Assembly (NCBI GenBank): GCA_035687725.1
Contig: DASRVB010000148.1
Span: forward strand, 1 to 49,188
Direction of reading: 5' to 3'
Length of the DNA stretch: 49,188 bases
Source: Gemmatimonadota bacterium
GTDB lineage: Bacteria > Gemmatimonadota > Gemmatimonadetes > JACCXV01 > JAHWKZ01
In this document: positions 8,873 through 18,683 of the stretch, piece after piece
Position numbering within the stretch: the first letter of the stretch is position 1
How the letters are laid out: every line of letters starts with the position of its first letter
Notes under the pieces: model-generated
Told to the model about the DNA's origin: nothing
The model's database searches: none
What the model saw: the letters and a program-made list of their open reading frames with translations, nothing else
Made by a program: the position numbers and the translations under genes

Positions 8873-9762
8873 CCTCCGAGCGTCCCATCGACCCAGTCCA
8901 GCGCATCCAGGAGCTGCTGTCGAAGACGGCGGGGCCGGCAGGAGCCGATCTCGCCGTGGCGGCGAGCGCCGCCCTGGCCGGCGGTCTGGCGGCGCTCGAG
9001 CTGTACGAGCGCGACGACCTGGCGGTGGAGGACCCCACGGGCGGGGGACCGGTGACCGCCGCGGACCAGGCCAGCCAGGAGGCGATCCTCGAGGTACTGG
9101 GCCGCCAGCGGCGAGACGAGCCGATCCTGAGCGAGGAGGCGCCCGCGCCGGCCGGGCTGGCCGAGGCGCGGCTGTGGGTCGTGGACCCCCTCGACGGAAC
9201 GCGGGAGTTCATCGACCGGATCGGAGAGTTCAGCGTCATGGTGGGCCTGGCGGTCGAAGGAGCGGCCGAGCTGGGCGCCGTCTACCAGCCCGCCACCGAC
9301 CGCCTGTTCGCGGGGGCCGCGGGTGTCGGGGCCTGGCGGATCGAGGACGCGAGCGCCCGCCCGCGGACGGAGCGGCTGGCGACCAGGCCCGTCCACGAGC
9401 CGCTGCGGTTCGTCCGCTCCCGCTCCCATCCCGACGACCGGATCCGGCGCCTGGAGGCGGCGCTGGGGGAGGTGGAGGTTATCTTGTCGGGATCCGCGGG
9501 CAGCAAGTGCGCCCTGGTGGCCTCGGGAGAGGCCGACCTGTACGTCCATCCCGTTCCATATCTGAAGGAATGGGACACCTGCGCACCCGAGGCGATGCTC
9601 CGCGCCGCGGGCGGCAGGGTCACCGATTGTCGCGGAGAGCCCCTCCGCTATGGCAAGGATCACCCCGCCCAGCCGGGCGGGATCTTCGCCGCCCATCCGG
9701 CGGCATGGGAATCGGCGCTCCCCATCGTGCGGGAGATCGCGAACGACAACCGGGTCGAATAG
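8857..9762 (+). CDS. cysQ: 3'(2'),5'-bisphosphate nucleotidase (inositol monophosphatase superfamily, CysQ-like)
   Basis: LSEE metal site, WVVDPLDGTREF motif, and GSAGSKCALVASGEADLY...EWDTCA C-terminal motif that parallels E. coli CysQ. It overlaps the pilT end by 16 nt. Confidence 0.75.
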   Translation: MGRGLTSERPIDPVQRIQELLSKTAGPAGADLAVAASAALAGGLAALELYERDDLAVEDPTGGGPVTAADQASQEAILEVLGRQRRDEPILSEEAPAPAGLAEARLWVVDPLDGTREFIDRIGEFSVMVGLAVEGAAELGAVYQPATDRLFAGAAGVGAWRIEDASARPRTERLATRPVHEPLRFVRSRSHPDDRIRRLEAALGEVEVILSGSAGSKCALVASGEADLYVHPVPYLKEWDTCAPEAMLRAAGGRVTDCRGEPLRYGKDHPAQPGGIFAAHPAAWESALPIVREIANDNRVE

Positions 9763-9774
9763 AAAGGGATTCGT

Positions 9775-11517
9775 ATGACTGTCACACGCACTGCCGGACT
9801 TCTGATCGAGCCTTGCGGCGGGCACCTCGTGGACCTCCTGGAGCCCGCGGAAGGCCAGGCCGAGCTCAAGCGGCTAGCCGGCGAGCTGCCTTCGATCCAG
9901 GTCTCGGAGCGGGTCGTCTGCGATCTCGAGCTCCTGGCCACGGGCGCCTTCAGCCCGCTCGATCGGTTCATGGGAAGTGAGGACCTCGACAGTGTGCTGG
10001 ACGAGATGCGGCTGGCCAACGGGCAGCTCTCCCCGATCCCGATAACGCTCCCGATAGCGGACGACGCTCCGGTCGCGGAGGGCAGAGAGCTCGCGCTGCG
10101 GAACGCCAAGAACGAGCTGCTCGCCGTGGTCGACATCGACGAGATCTATTCCTGGGACAAGAAGCGCGTGGCCTCGCGGGCGTTCGGTACGCTCGATCCG
10201 CGTCACCCGATGGTCGCCGAGATGGAGCGCTGGGGATCCCGGTTCGTATCCGGCCCCATGCGGGTGCTCCAGCTGCCCAAGCATCACGACTTCCAGGAGC
10301 TGCGGCTGACGCCGGCGGAGACGCGCCGCCGTCTCGAATCCTACGGGCACGGCAACGTGATCGCCTTCCAGACCCGCAACCCGCTCCACCGGGTCCACGA
10401 GGAGCTCACCAAGCGCGCCATCCAGGCCGTCGACGGAGTCCTGCTGCTCCACCCCTCGGTGGGGATGACCAAGCCCGGCGACGTGGATCACTATACGCGC
10501 GTCCGGACCTACATCGCTCTGGCCAGGAACTACTACGAACCCGATCGCATCCTGCTCTCCCTGCTTCCGCTCGCCATGCGCATGGCGGGTCCGCGCGAGG
10601 CGCTCTGGCACGCGCTCATCCGGCGCAACCACGGAGCCAATCACCTGATCGTCGGGCGGGATCACGCCAGCCCGGGTGTCGACAGCGACGGCAAGCCCTT
10701 CTACGGCCCGTACGACGCCCAGGAGCTGGTGGAGGAGCACGTCGAAGAGCTGGGGGTCACCCCGGTACCGTTCCACGAGCTCGTATACCTGGAGGACGAG
10801 GAGCGGTACGAGGAGCGGTCGCGCATCCCCGAGGGCGCCCGCATCGCCTCGATCTCGGGCACCCAGGTGCGCGAGGAGTACCTGCGGAACGGCCGCAAGC
10901 TGCCGGAGTGGTTCACGCGCCCGGAGGTGGCCGACATCCTGGCCGAGAGCCATCCGCCCCGCCATCGCCAGGGGGCCTGCATCTGGTTCACGGGGCTCTC
11001 CGGAGCCGGCAAGTCGACGACCGCCGACGTGTTGACGACCCTGCTCCTGGAGCATGGACGGCAGGTGACCGTGCTCGACGGCGACGTCGTGCGCACGCAC
11101 CTCTCGCACGGCCTCGGGTTCAGCAAGGAGGACCGCGACATCAACATCCGCCGCATCGGGTTCGTGGCGGCGGAGCTCGTCCGCCATGGCGGCCTCGTCC
11201 TCTGCGCCGCCGTCAGCCCCTACCGCTCGACCCGCAACGACGTGCGGTCGATGGTCGGATCGGGGCAGTTCATCGAGGTCTTCGTCGACACCCCCCTGGA
11301 TGTCTGCGAGGAGCGCGACGTCAAGGGGATGTACGCCAAGGCCCGGCGCGGCGAGATCAAGAACTTCACCGGCATCGACGATCCCTACGAGCGCCCGGAG
11401 CACCCCGAGATCACGCTCGACACCACCGCGCACTCGCCCGAGGACAACGCGCGCAGAGTGATCGAGTACATGATCGAGCAGGGGTACGTGCGAGCTCTGG
11501 AAGGCTACAACCGCTGA
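9775..11517 (+). CDS. sat: bifunctional sulfate adenylyltransferase / adenylylsulfate kinase (PAPS synthase-like fusion)
   Basis: ATP-sulfurylase blocks (FQTRNPLHRVHEEL; GANHLIVGRDHASPG) are followed by an APS-kinase domain (WFTGLSGAGKSTTA; LDGDVVRTHL; PYERPE). Confidence 0.9.
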   Translation: MTVTRTAGLLIEPCGGHLVDLLEPAEGQAELKRLAGELPSIQVSERVVCDLELLATGAFSPLDRFMGSEDLDSVLDEMRLANGQLSPIPITLPIADDAPVAEGRELALRNAKNELLAVVDIDEIYSWDKKRVASRAFGTLDPRHPMVAEMERWGSRFVSGPMRVLQLPKHHDFQELRLTPAETRRRLESYGHGNVIAFQTRNPLHRVHEELTKRAIQAVDGVLLLHPSVGMTKPGDVDHYTRVRTYIALARNYYEPDRILLSLLPLAMRMAGPREALWHALIRRNHGANHLIVGRDHASPGVDSDGKPFYGPYDAQELVEEHVEELGVTPVPFHELVYLEDEERYEERSRIPEGARIASISGTQVREEYLRNGRKLPEWFTRPEVADILAESHPPRHRQGACIWFTGLSGAGKSTTADVLTTLLLEHGRQVTVLDGDVVRTHLSHGLGFSKEDRDINIRRIGFVAAELVRHGGLVLCAAVSPYRSTRNDVRSMVGSGQFIEVFVDTPLDVCEERDVKGMYAKARRGEIKNFTGIDDPYERPEHPEITLDTTAHSPEDNARRVIEYMIEQGYVRALEGYNR

Positions 11518-11547
11518 GCGCGCGCGCTTTCCCCCGGAGGCGCTGAA

Positions 11548-12915
11548 TTGTTCCGGAAGGTCCTGATCGCCAATCGCGGGGAGATCGCCCTGCGCGTGAT
11601 CCGGGCCTGCCGGATGCTCGGCCTGAAGACCGTTGCGGTCCATTCCAAAGCCGATGCGGAGGCCCTGCACGTCCGCTTCGCCGACGAGGCGGTGTGCGTG
11701 GGCCCCGCTCCATCCGCCGAGTCGTATCTGAACATCCCGCGCCTCATCGCCGCGGCGGAGGTCACGGGGGCGGACGCCGTCCACCCGGGCTACGGCTTCC
11801 TGGCGGAGAACGCGGAGTTCGCCCAGATCTGCGCGGAGTCGAACCTCGTGTTCATCGGTCCCACCCCCGAGCAGATCCGCCAGATGGGCGACAAGTCCGA
11901 GGCCCGGCGGCTCATGCAGGAGGCCGGCGTACCGGTGGTCCCGGGTTCTCCCGGTGCAATCGACGAGGAACGGAAGGCGCGGCTGGCGGCGGAGGAGATC
12001 GGCTACCCCGTTCTGGTCAAGGCCGCCGCGGGGGGCGGCGGGAAGGGAATGCGGATCGCGCGCGACGCCGAGGAGTTCGCGGCGGCGTTCCCGCAGGCCC
12101 GGCGCGAGGCCGAGGCCGCTTTCGGGGACGGCCGCGTGTACATCGAGAGGTTCCTCGAGCGTCCGCGGCACATCGAGATCCAGGTTCTCGGAGATCGTCA
12201 GGGAAACGTCATCCACCTCGGCGAGCGCGACTGTTCCTGCCAGCGCCGGCATCAGAAGCTGCTCGAGGAGGCGCCGTCGCCCGGGATCACCGAAGACCTC
12301 CGGAAGCGCATGGGAGACGCGGCGGTCCGGGGGGCGGCCCGGATCGGGTATCTCGGAGCCGGAACGATGGAGTTCCTGGTCACCGAGAGTGGGGACTTCT
12401 TCTTCATGGAGATGAACACCCGCATCCAGGTAGAGCATCCGGTGACCGAGATGGTCACCGGTCAGGACCTCGTACTGCGCCAGCTGACGATCGCCGCCGG
12501 AGAGCCGCTGGACCTGCGGCAGGACCAGGTACGGTTCCGCGGGCACGCGATCGAGTGCCGGATCAACGCCGAGGATCCCGACCGGAAGTTCATGCCCACC
12601 CCCGGCCGGATCGTCACCTTCCACCAGCCCGGCGGACCGGGCGTGCGGGTGGACACGGCGGCGTACCAATCCTATGTGATCCCGCCCTACTACGACTCGC
12701 TGGTCGCGAAGGTGCTGGCGCACGGCACCGACCGCGCGCAGGCGATCGCCCGAATGCGGGTGGCGCTGGACGAGTTCGTGGTAGAGGGGATCGCCACCAC
12801 GATCCCGCTCCATCGCAAGCTGATCCAGGAGCCCCGCTTCCTGGCGGGCAAGGTCCACACGCGCTTCGTCGAGGAGTGGCTCCACGAGGACATCCCCGCG
12901 CCCGCGACCGTGTGA
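11548..12915 (+). CDS. accC: acetyl-CoA carboxylase biotin carboxylase subunit
   Basis: [21 protein letters not shown], an ATP-grasp (GGGGKGMRI) and [14 protein letters not shown]. The start is TTG at 11548, preceded by GGAGG at 11536-11540. Confidence 0.95.
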   Translation: MFRKVLIANRGEIALRVIRACRMLGLKTVAVHSKADAEALHVRFADEAVCVGPAPSAESYLNIPRLIAAAEVTGADAVHPGYGFLAENAEFAQICAESNLVFIGPTPEQIRQMGDKSEARRLMQEAGVPVVPGSPGAIDEERKARLAAEEIGYPVLVKAAAGGGGKGMRIARDAEEFAAAFPQARREAEAAFGDGRVYIERFLERPRHIEIQVLGDRQGNVIHLGERDCSCQRRHQKLLEEAPSPGITEDLRKRMGDAAVRGAARIGYLGAGTMEFLVTESGDFFFMEMNTRIQVEHPVTEMVTGQDLVLRQLTIAAGEPLDLRQDQVRFRGHAIECRINAEDPDRKFMPTPGRIVTFHQPGGPGVRVDTAAYQSYVIPPYYDSLVAKVLAHGTDRAQAIARMRVALDEFVVEGIATTIPLHRKLIQEPRFLAGKVHTRFVEEWLHEDIPAPATV

Positions 12916-12978
12916 TCGGCAAGCAGGTCGCAACGCGAGCCTCGTATAGTGGTTCAACGACCTGTTAAGTTTCCTTCC

Positions 12979-15225
12979 ATGCCCCGAAAGAAGAAAAAAG
13001 ACTCGACGCGGCTGAAGCGCGAGATCCTCGGAATCCTGATGGCCGCCACCGGGGGCTTCGTGCTGGTCGCCCTGTGGCCATGGGACCCGGGGGTCGACCG
13101 CGGGCCCGAAACCCTCAACCGCGTGGGGATCCTGGGCGCGTACAGCGCATTCTATCTCTACCGGGCGCTGGGATTCGGTGCGCTGGCGCTGGGCGCCGGG
13201 CTGGCGGCGTTCGGGATCCTGCTCCTGTTCGACCGCGTGACGCGGAAGGCGCTGACGCTCGGCCTCGGCGCGCTGGCGGCCGTGTGGCTGCTCCTGTCGG
13301 TCTTCGGAGTGACCGCCGCATGGATCGCCGGACCGTCGCCGTGGGGTACGCGTGCGGGGGCGGCGGGGATGGCGACCGCATCGGGTCTGATCCAGGGCGT
13401 GGGTCTGGCGGGCGCGCTGATCTTCTGCGTCGTCGCCGCGATCGTCCTCGCGGCCGCGACCTTCCGGATCTCGCTCGCCGCCACGGTGGAGGCCGGAGTC
13501 GAAGCCGGTCGCGCGGGCGGGCGCCACGCGCGCGAGCGGTTCGACCGGATCGGCGGCCGGCTGTCCGGCTGGAGCGAGGAGCGCAGGGCCCGCGGCGGGG
13601 AAGAGGAAGACGAACCAGAGGAGCCCGTAGGGGAGCCGGCGCCGGTCACCGTGGCCGTTCCGGCGCCTGCGGCTCCGGGCCACCAGGCCCCCCGCTCGCG
13701 CCCCGCCAGGGGGTCCACGCCCCGGCGGTCCCGCCCCGAATCCGAGGGAGGGGCCGGCTGGCTGCCGCCACTGTCGCTCCTCGAGGCGCAGGCCGATACC
13801 GACACCGGCCAGACGACCGACGACCTCGACCGGCTCGGCCGGGTGCTGATCGAGAAGCTGCGCTCCTTCAACGTCGAAGGGGAGATCGCGGCGATCCATT
13901 CCGGACCGGTACTCACCCAGTTCGAGGTCTCGCCGGCGCCCGGCGTCAAGGTGAACCAGATCGCCAACCTCGCCGACGACCTCGCGCTGGCCATGCGCGC
14001 GCAGCGGATCCGGATCGTCGCCCCGATCCCGGGCAAGGGGGCGGTCGGCATCGAGATCCCGAACCCGCGGCCGCGCGTGGTGCGGATGCGGGAGATGCTG
14101 GAGAGCCCTCTATGGAGCGGGTTCGGGGGCAAGGTCCCGCTGGCATTGGGACACGAGATCGCGGGGGCGCCGATCGTCGCCGACCTGACCCGCATGCCGC
14201 ACCTCCTCATCGCGGGCGCCACCGGCTCGGGAAAATCGGTGTGCATCAACGCGATCGTGACGAGCCTGCTGTATCGCTACGGCCCCGACGCCGTCCGCTT
14301 CATCATGATCGACCCGAAGATGCTGGAACTCGTCGTCTACAACGGCATTCCGCATCTACTCCACCCGGTCGTGGTCGAGCACAAAGAGTCCGCCAAGGCC
14401 CTCAAGTGGACAGTGTCCGAGATGGAGCGCCGGTACCGCCTGCTGGCGGCCAACGGGATCCGCAGCCTGGCGGACTACAACGCCCGGGTCAAAGCGGGCG
14501 ACCTGGTCGACCCCGCGGGTGGAGACGACGACCGGCGTCCGTTGCCATACATCGTCGTGCTGATCGACGAGCTGGCCGATCTGATGCTCACCGTCCAGCA
14601 GGAGATCGAGGAGCCCTTGGCGCGCCTGGCCCAGATGGCGCGCGCCGTAGGGATTCACCTCGTGCTGGCGACGCAACGGCCGTCGGTCAACGTGATCACC
14701 GGCGTCATCAAGGCGAACTTCCCCTCGCGGATCAGCTTTCAGGTCTCGTCCAAGATCGACAGCCGCACGGTGCTGGACATGAACGGCGCGGAGCAGCTGC
14801 TGGGGAACGGCGACATGCTGTTCCTGCCTGCCGATCGCGCCGAGCCGGTCCGGATCCAGGGCGCTTTCATCTCGAGCGAGGAGACGGGCCGTGTCGTGGA
14901 CTGGCTGCGCGAGGCGGGGCGCCGCCTGAACGCCGAGGAGATCGCCCCCCCCGTGGACATCATCGCCGAGGCCTCCGAGCTGGAGATCGCGGCGCTCGAC
15001 GAGCGCGACGAGCTGTTCTTCGCCGCCGCCCGGGTCGTCGTCGACCACGATCAGGGGTCGACGAGCCTCCTCCAGCGGCGCCTGCGGGTGGGATATTCGC
15101 GCGCCGCGCGGATCCTCGATCAGCTGGAGCGCGCGAACATCGTGGGTCCCCCCGACGGCACCAAGCCGCGGGACGTGCTGATCACCGTCGATGACCTCGA
15201 GACGCTCGAGGCGAGCTCGCTGTGA
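12979..15225 (+). CDS. ftsK: DNA translocase FtsK
   Basis: N-terminal TM helices, a Pro/Arg/Glu linker, a motor domain (Walker A GATGSGKSVCIN; LIDELADLM), and a gamma winged-helix (GYSRAARILDQLERANIVGP). I chose ATG 12979 (MPRKKKKDS...); an in-frame GTG at 12949 is an alternative. Confidence 0.9.
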   Translation: MPRKKKKDSTRLKREILGILMAATGGFVLVALWPWDPGVDRGPETLNRVGILGAYSAFYLYRALGFGALALGAGLAAFGILLLFDRVTRKALTLGLGALAAVWLLLSVFGVTAAWIAGPSPWGTRAGAAGMATASGLIQGVGLAGALIFCVVAAIVLAAATFRISLAATVEAGVEAGRAGGRHARERFDRIGGRLSGWSEERRARGGEEEDEPEEPVGEPAPVTVAVPAPAAPGHQAPRSRPARGSTPRRSRPESEGGAGWLPPLSLLEAQADTDTGQTTDDLDRLGRVLIEKLRSFNVEGEIAAIHSGPVLTQFEVSPAPGVKVNQIANLADDLALAMRAQRIRIVAPIPGKGAVGIEIPNPRPRVVRMREMLESPLWSGFGGKVPLALGHEIAGAPIVADLTRMPHLLIAGATGSGKSVCINAIVTSLLYRYGPDAVRFIMIDPKMLELVVYNGIPHLLHPVVVEHKESAKALKWTVSEMERRYRLLAANGIRSLADYNARVKAGDLVDPAGGDDDRRPLPYIVVLIDELADLMLTVQQEIEEPLARLAQMARAVGIHLVLATQRPSVNVITGVIKANFPSRISFQVSSKIDSRTVLDMNGAEQLLGNGDMLFLPADRAEPVRIQGAFISSEETGRVVDWLREAGRRLNAEEIAPPVDIIAEASELEIAALDERDELFFAAARVVVDHDQGSTSLLQRRLRVGYSRAARILDQLERANIVGPPDGTKPRDVLITVDDLETLEASSL

Positions 15226-15241
15226 CGCGCGCGGGCTGCCG

Positions 15242-16222
15242 GTGAAGCGCATCCTGGTGACAGGCGCCGCCGGGTTCATCGGGTCCTGGCTGACCGAGCG
15301 ACTCCTCGAGCGTGGGAACCGGGTCGTAGGGCTCGACAACTTCGATCCGTTCTACGACCGGGGGATCAAGGAGCAGAACCTCGATGGCGTGCGCGGGAAC
15401 GCCGCGTTCCGACTGGTCGAAGGCGACCTCAGGGACCGCGCGGAGGTCTTGGCGCTGTTCGCCGACGGGGCATTCGAGGTGGTGGTGCATCTGGCTGCCA
15501 AGGCCGGCGTCCGTCCGTCGCTCGCCGATCCGGCCGGCTACTACGAGACGAACCTGATCGGAACGTCGAACCTGCTCGAGGCGATGCGTCAGGCCGGCTG
15601 CCGGCGGCTCGTATTCGCCTCGTCGAGCTCGGTGTACGGCAACAACCGCAAGGTGCCGTTCCACGAGGACGACCGGGTCGATGCCCCGATCTCGCCCTAT
15701 GCGGCGACCAAGAAGGCGGGCGAGGAGCTGTGTCACGTCTATCATGCCGTGCACGGCTTCTCGATCCTCGCTCTGCGCTTCTTCACCACGTACGGTCCGC
15801 GTCAGCGCCCGGAGATGGCGATCCACGCCTTCACCCGCCGGCTCTTCGCGGGCGAGCCCATTCCGGTCTTCGGCGACGGCTCGATGGAGCGCGACTTCAC
15901 GTACATCGACGACATCGTGGACGGGGTCGTGTCCGCCGTGGATCACGTGATCGGAACCGATACGTTCGAGATCCTCAACCTCGGGCAATCCGAGCCGGTT
16001 CGGCTCTCCCGGCTGGTCGCCGCGCTGGAACAGGCCACCGGGTGCGAGGCCACGATCGACCGGCGCCCGGTTCCTCCGGGCGACGTCGATCGCACCTTCG
16101 CCGACGTCTCGCGCGCTCGCCGGCTGCTGGGGTACGAGCCCAGCATCGGAATCGACGAGGGGTTGCAGAGGTTCGTGGACTGGTATCGAGGAGCGATGCT
16201 GGAGCAATCCCACAGGGCGTGA
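15242..16222 (+). CDS. NAD-dependent nucleotide-sugar epimerase, UDP-glucuronate 4-epimerase-like
   Basis: Extended SDR features: VTGAAGFIGSWL, catalytic YAATKKAGE and FFTTYGPRQRPEMAIHAF. The last block is typical of the Cap1J/UDP-GlcA 4-epimerase clade as I recall it. I set the start to GTG 15242, after the ftsK stop at 15225. Confidence 0.7.
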   Translation: MKRILVTGAAGFIGSWLTERLLERGNRVVGLDNFDPFYDRGIKEQNLDGVRGNAAFRLVEGDLRDRAEVLALFADGAFEVVVHLAAKAGVRPSLADPAGYYETNLIGTSNLLEAMRQAGCRRLVFASSSSVYGNNRKVPFHEDDRVDAPISPYAATKKAGEELCHVYHAVHGFSILALRFFTTYGPRQRPEMAIHAFTRRLFAGEPIPVFGDGSMERDFTYIDDIVDGVVSAVDHVIGTDTFEILNLGQSEPVRLSRLVAALEQATGCEATIDRRPVPPGDVDRTFADVSRARRLLGYEPSIGIDEGLQRFVDWYRGAMLEQSHRA

Positions 16223-16226
16223 GCCG

Positions 16227-17576
16227 ATGAACGAGAGGAAGGCGATGGTCGAGAACGCAGAGCGATTGAATCGGGCGATCGAGTCGAAGGAGGCGCGGAT
16301 CGGCGTCATCGGCCTGGGGTACGTGGGCCTGCCGCTGGCGCTCGCCTTCACAGGTCGCGGCTTCCGGGTGCTGGGCTTCGACGTGGACGCGCGCAAGGTC
16401 GAGAAGCTCAATCGAGGGATCTCCTACATCCCCCACATGGACGCGCAGCGGATCCGCGAGGGAGTCGAAACCGGCCGGCTGGCCGCGACCGAGGACTTCG
16501 ATCGCCTATCGGAGGTGGACGCGATCGTGATCTGCGTTCCCACGCCCCTCGACGTGCACAACGAGCCCGACATGACCTATATCGAGGCCACCACCGAGGA
16601 GATAGCTCGGTGCCTCAGGGCCGGTCAGCTGGTCGTTCTCGAGTCGACCACCTACCCGGGCACCACCGACGAGCTGATGCGCGAGCGCCTCGAGGCTGGT
16701 GGGATGGTCCTGGGCGAGGACTTCTTCCTGGCCTTCTCCCCCGAGCGCGAGGATCCCGGGAATCCGAAGTTCTCGACGACCACGATCCCCAAGGTGGTCG
16801 GTGGGGTGGACGAGGTCTCCGGGGACCTGGCCGAGGCGCTGTACCGGCAGGCGATCGGCGAAGTCGTTCGCGTTTCCTCGGCGCGCGCCGCCGAAGCGAC
16901 GAAGCTGACCGAGAACATCTTCCGGGCCGTCAACATCGCGCTCGTCAACGAGCTCAAGGTGATCTACGAGCGGATGGACATCGACGTCTGGGAGGTGCTC
17001 GACGCGGCCGAGACCAAGCCGTTCGGGTTCATGCGCTTCAACCCCGGGCCCGGCTGGGGTGGCCACTGCATCCCCATCGACCCATTCTACCTGACCTGGA
17101 AGGCGCGCGAGTTCGGCGCCTACACCCGGTTCATCGAGCTGGCCGGCGAGATCAACACCCGGATGCCCGAGCACGTGGTGGATCGCGTGGCGGCCGCGCT
17201 CAACGACGTCGGGAAGCCGCTCAAGGGGAGCCGCGTCCTCATCCTCGGCTTGTCCTACAAGCCCGACATCTCCGACGATCGCGAATCGCCCAGTTATCGG
17301 CTGATGGATCTGCTGGACGAACGCGGCGCGGAGGTGGCCTACCACGATCCGCACGTCCCGGTCATCCAGCCGAGTCGGGAGCACGGGCACTGGGCGGGTC
17401 TCGAATCGGTGGCCTGGGAGCGGCAGACGATAGAATCCCACGACGCAATCGTGATCTCGACCGATCACTCGGCCATCGATTACGCCCGGCTCGCGGAATG
17501 GGGACGCCTCATCGTCGACACGCGCAACGCCATGGCCGGGATCGACGCGCCGGCGGGCAAGGTGTGGAAGGCTTGA
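16227..17576 (+). CDS. UDP-N-acetyl-D-hexosamine 6-dehydrogenase (TviB/WbpA/WecC-type nucleotide-sugar dehydrogenase)
   Basis: Rossmann motif IGVIGLGYVGLPLALAF, a UDPG/MGDP dehydrogenase central domain with the catalytic Cys (GWGGHCIPIDP) and a C-terminal UDP-binding domain. It is paired with a TviC-like epimerase downstream. Confidence 0.75.
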   Translation: MNERKAMVENAERLNRAIESKEARIGVIGLGYVGLPLALAFTGRGFRVLGFDVDARKVEKLNRGISYIPHMDAQRIREGVETGRLAATEDFDRLSEVDAIVICVPTPLDVHNEPDMTYIEATTEEIARCLRAGQLVVLESTTYPGTTDELMRERLEAGGMVLGEDFFLAFSPEREDPGNPKFSTTTIPKVVGGVDEVSGDLAEALYRQAIGEVVRVSSARAAEATKLTENIFRAVNIALVNELKVIYERMDIDVWEVLDAAETKPFGFMRFNPGPGWGGHCIPIDPFYLTWKAREFGAYTRFIELAGEINTRMPEHVVDRVAAALNDVGKPLKGSRVLILGLSYKPDISDDRESPSYRLMDLLDERGAEVAYHDPHVPVIQPSREHGHWAGLESVAWERQTIESHDAIVISTDHSAIDYARLAEWGRLIVDTRNAMAGIDAPAGKVWKA

Positions 17577-18607
17577 GCCGCACCGCCTACGAGTCGACAC
17601 TGGACGGTTTGCGGGAGAGGCCCCGCCGCTGGCTCGTGACCGGCGCGGCCGGGTTCATCGGGTCGGGGCTCGTGCTGGAGCTCCTCAAGAGCGGACAAAC
17701 GGTGACGGGGCTCGACAACTTCTCCACGGGAAAGCGCGCCAACCTCGAAGATGTCCGCGCGCGCGTCGGGGAAGAGGACTGGAGGCGGTTCGCCGTGCAC
17801 GAGGGCGACATCCGCAGCCTCGACGTGTGCCGGCGCGCATGTGCCGATGCGGAACTCGTGCTCCACCAGGCCGCGCTGGGGTCCGTGCCGCGGTCGATCG
17901 CCGACCCGGTCACGAGTCACGAGAGCAACGTCAACGGGACGTTGAACATGCTGCTGGCGGCACGGGATGCTGGAGTCCAGCGATTCGTCTTCGCCTCGAG
18001 CAGCTCCGTATATGGCGACGAGCCGAACCTCCCCAAGGTCGAATCGCGAACAGGACGACCACTGTCTCCTTACGCGGTGACGAAAGCCGCCGGCGAGCGG
18101 TACGTGGAGGTCTTCGGGCACGTCTACGGACTTCCCGTGACGGCCCTGCGGTACTTCAACGTGTTCGGGCCGCGGCAGGACCCGGATGGCCCCTATGCCG
18201 CGGTGATCCCGCGATGGGTCGCGGCGCTCCTGCAGGGGCGGACGGTGCAGATCTTCGGGGACGGAGAGACCAGCCGCGACTTCTGCTACCTGGCCAACGC
18301 TATCCAGGCCAATGTGCTGGCGGCCGTGACGGAAGAGTCCGACGCCCTCGGCGAGACGTTCAATGTAGCGGTTGGCGAGCGGGCCACGTTGAACGAGCTG
18401 TTCGCTCTAGTGCGCGAGCGGCTCGCCCGGCATTCCCCTGCCATCGGGAGCGCGCAGCCGGAATACTGTGACTTTCGTCCCGGTGACGTGCGCCATTCGC
18501 TGGCGGACATCTCGAAGGCGGAGCGACTGCTGGGCTACCGACCGACCCACACCTTGAGCGCGGGCCTGGATGAAGCGATGGAGTGGTACATCGATTCGGC
18601 CCTTTGA
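17573..18607 (+). CDS. UDP-GlcNAc(A) C4-epimerase, TviC/WbpP-like extended SDR
   Basis: [26 protein letters not shown], catalytic YAVTKAAGE, YFNVFGPRQDP. The start is TTG at 17573, overlapping the upstream stop (TTGA). The 665-aa track ORF (16610-18607) is a read-through artefact. Confidence 0.75.
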   Translation: MSRTAYESTLDGLRERPRRWLVTGAAGFIGSGLVLELLKSGQTVTGLDNFSTGKRANLEDVRARVGEEDWRRFAVHEGDIRSLDVCRRACADAELVLHQAALGSVPRSIADPVTSHESNVNGTLNMLLAARDAGVQRFVFASSSSVYGDEPNLPKVESRTGRPLSPYAVTKAAGERYVEVFGHVYGLPVTALRYFNVFGPRQDPDGPYAAVIPRWVAALLQGRTVQIFGDGETSRDFCYLANAIQANVLAAVTEESDALGETFNVAVGERATLNELFALVRERLARHSPAIGSAQPEYCDFRPGDVRHSLADISKAERLLGYRPTHTLSAGLDEAMEWYIDSAL

Positions 18608-18683
18608 CTTGACCGTCGCAGGTCTCTAGACTGTTCGCGGCAGATCGAGCGCCACGACCTATCAACCCCCGGGGGCGTCTGAT

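Noticed and set aside
9874-13899. A 1341-aa ORF on the minus strand spanning sat/cysC, accC and the start of ftsK.
   Set aside because: It is antisense to three genes with unmistakable conserved motifs. The translation is Arg/Pro/Gly/Asp-rich low complexity with no recognisable domain. Long stop-free antisense frames are expected at this GC content.
16610-18607. Over-long track ORFs of the same type: 16610-18607, 25516-26718, 28015-29190, 31808-33415, 33226-34209, 34041-34844, 43310-45640, 44554-46140, 45966-46778.
   Set aside because: In each case the N-terminal portion overlaps the preceding well-supported gene in another frame. The recognisable protein begins at an internal ATG/GTG/TTG at or next to the upstream stop, so I trimmed the starts accordingly.
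18609-18637. TTGACC at 18609-18614 as a -35 box for a dedicated radical-SAM promoter.
   Set aside because: No acceptable -10 hexamer sits at 16-18 nt spacing (TGTTCG or TCTAGA at best). I cannot support a promoter call from sequence.
18666-18675. A perfect 10-bp palindrome CCCCCGGGGG just upstream of the first radical SAM gene.
   Set aside because: It has no loop, so it is not a hairpin. Its G-run probably serves as the ribosome-binding site (8 nt before ATG 18684). Short GC palindromes are common in high-GC DNA.
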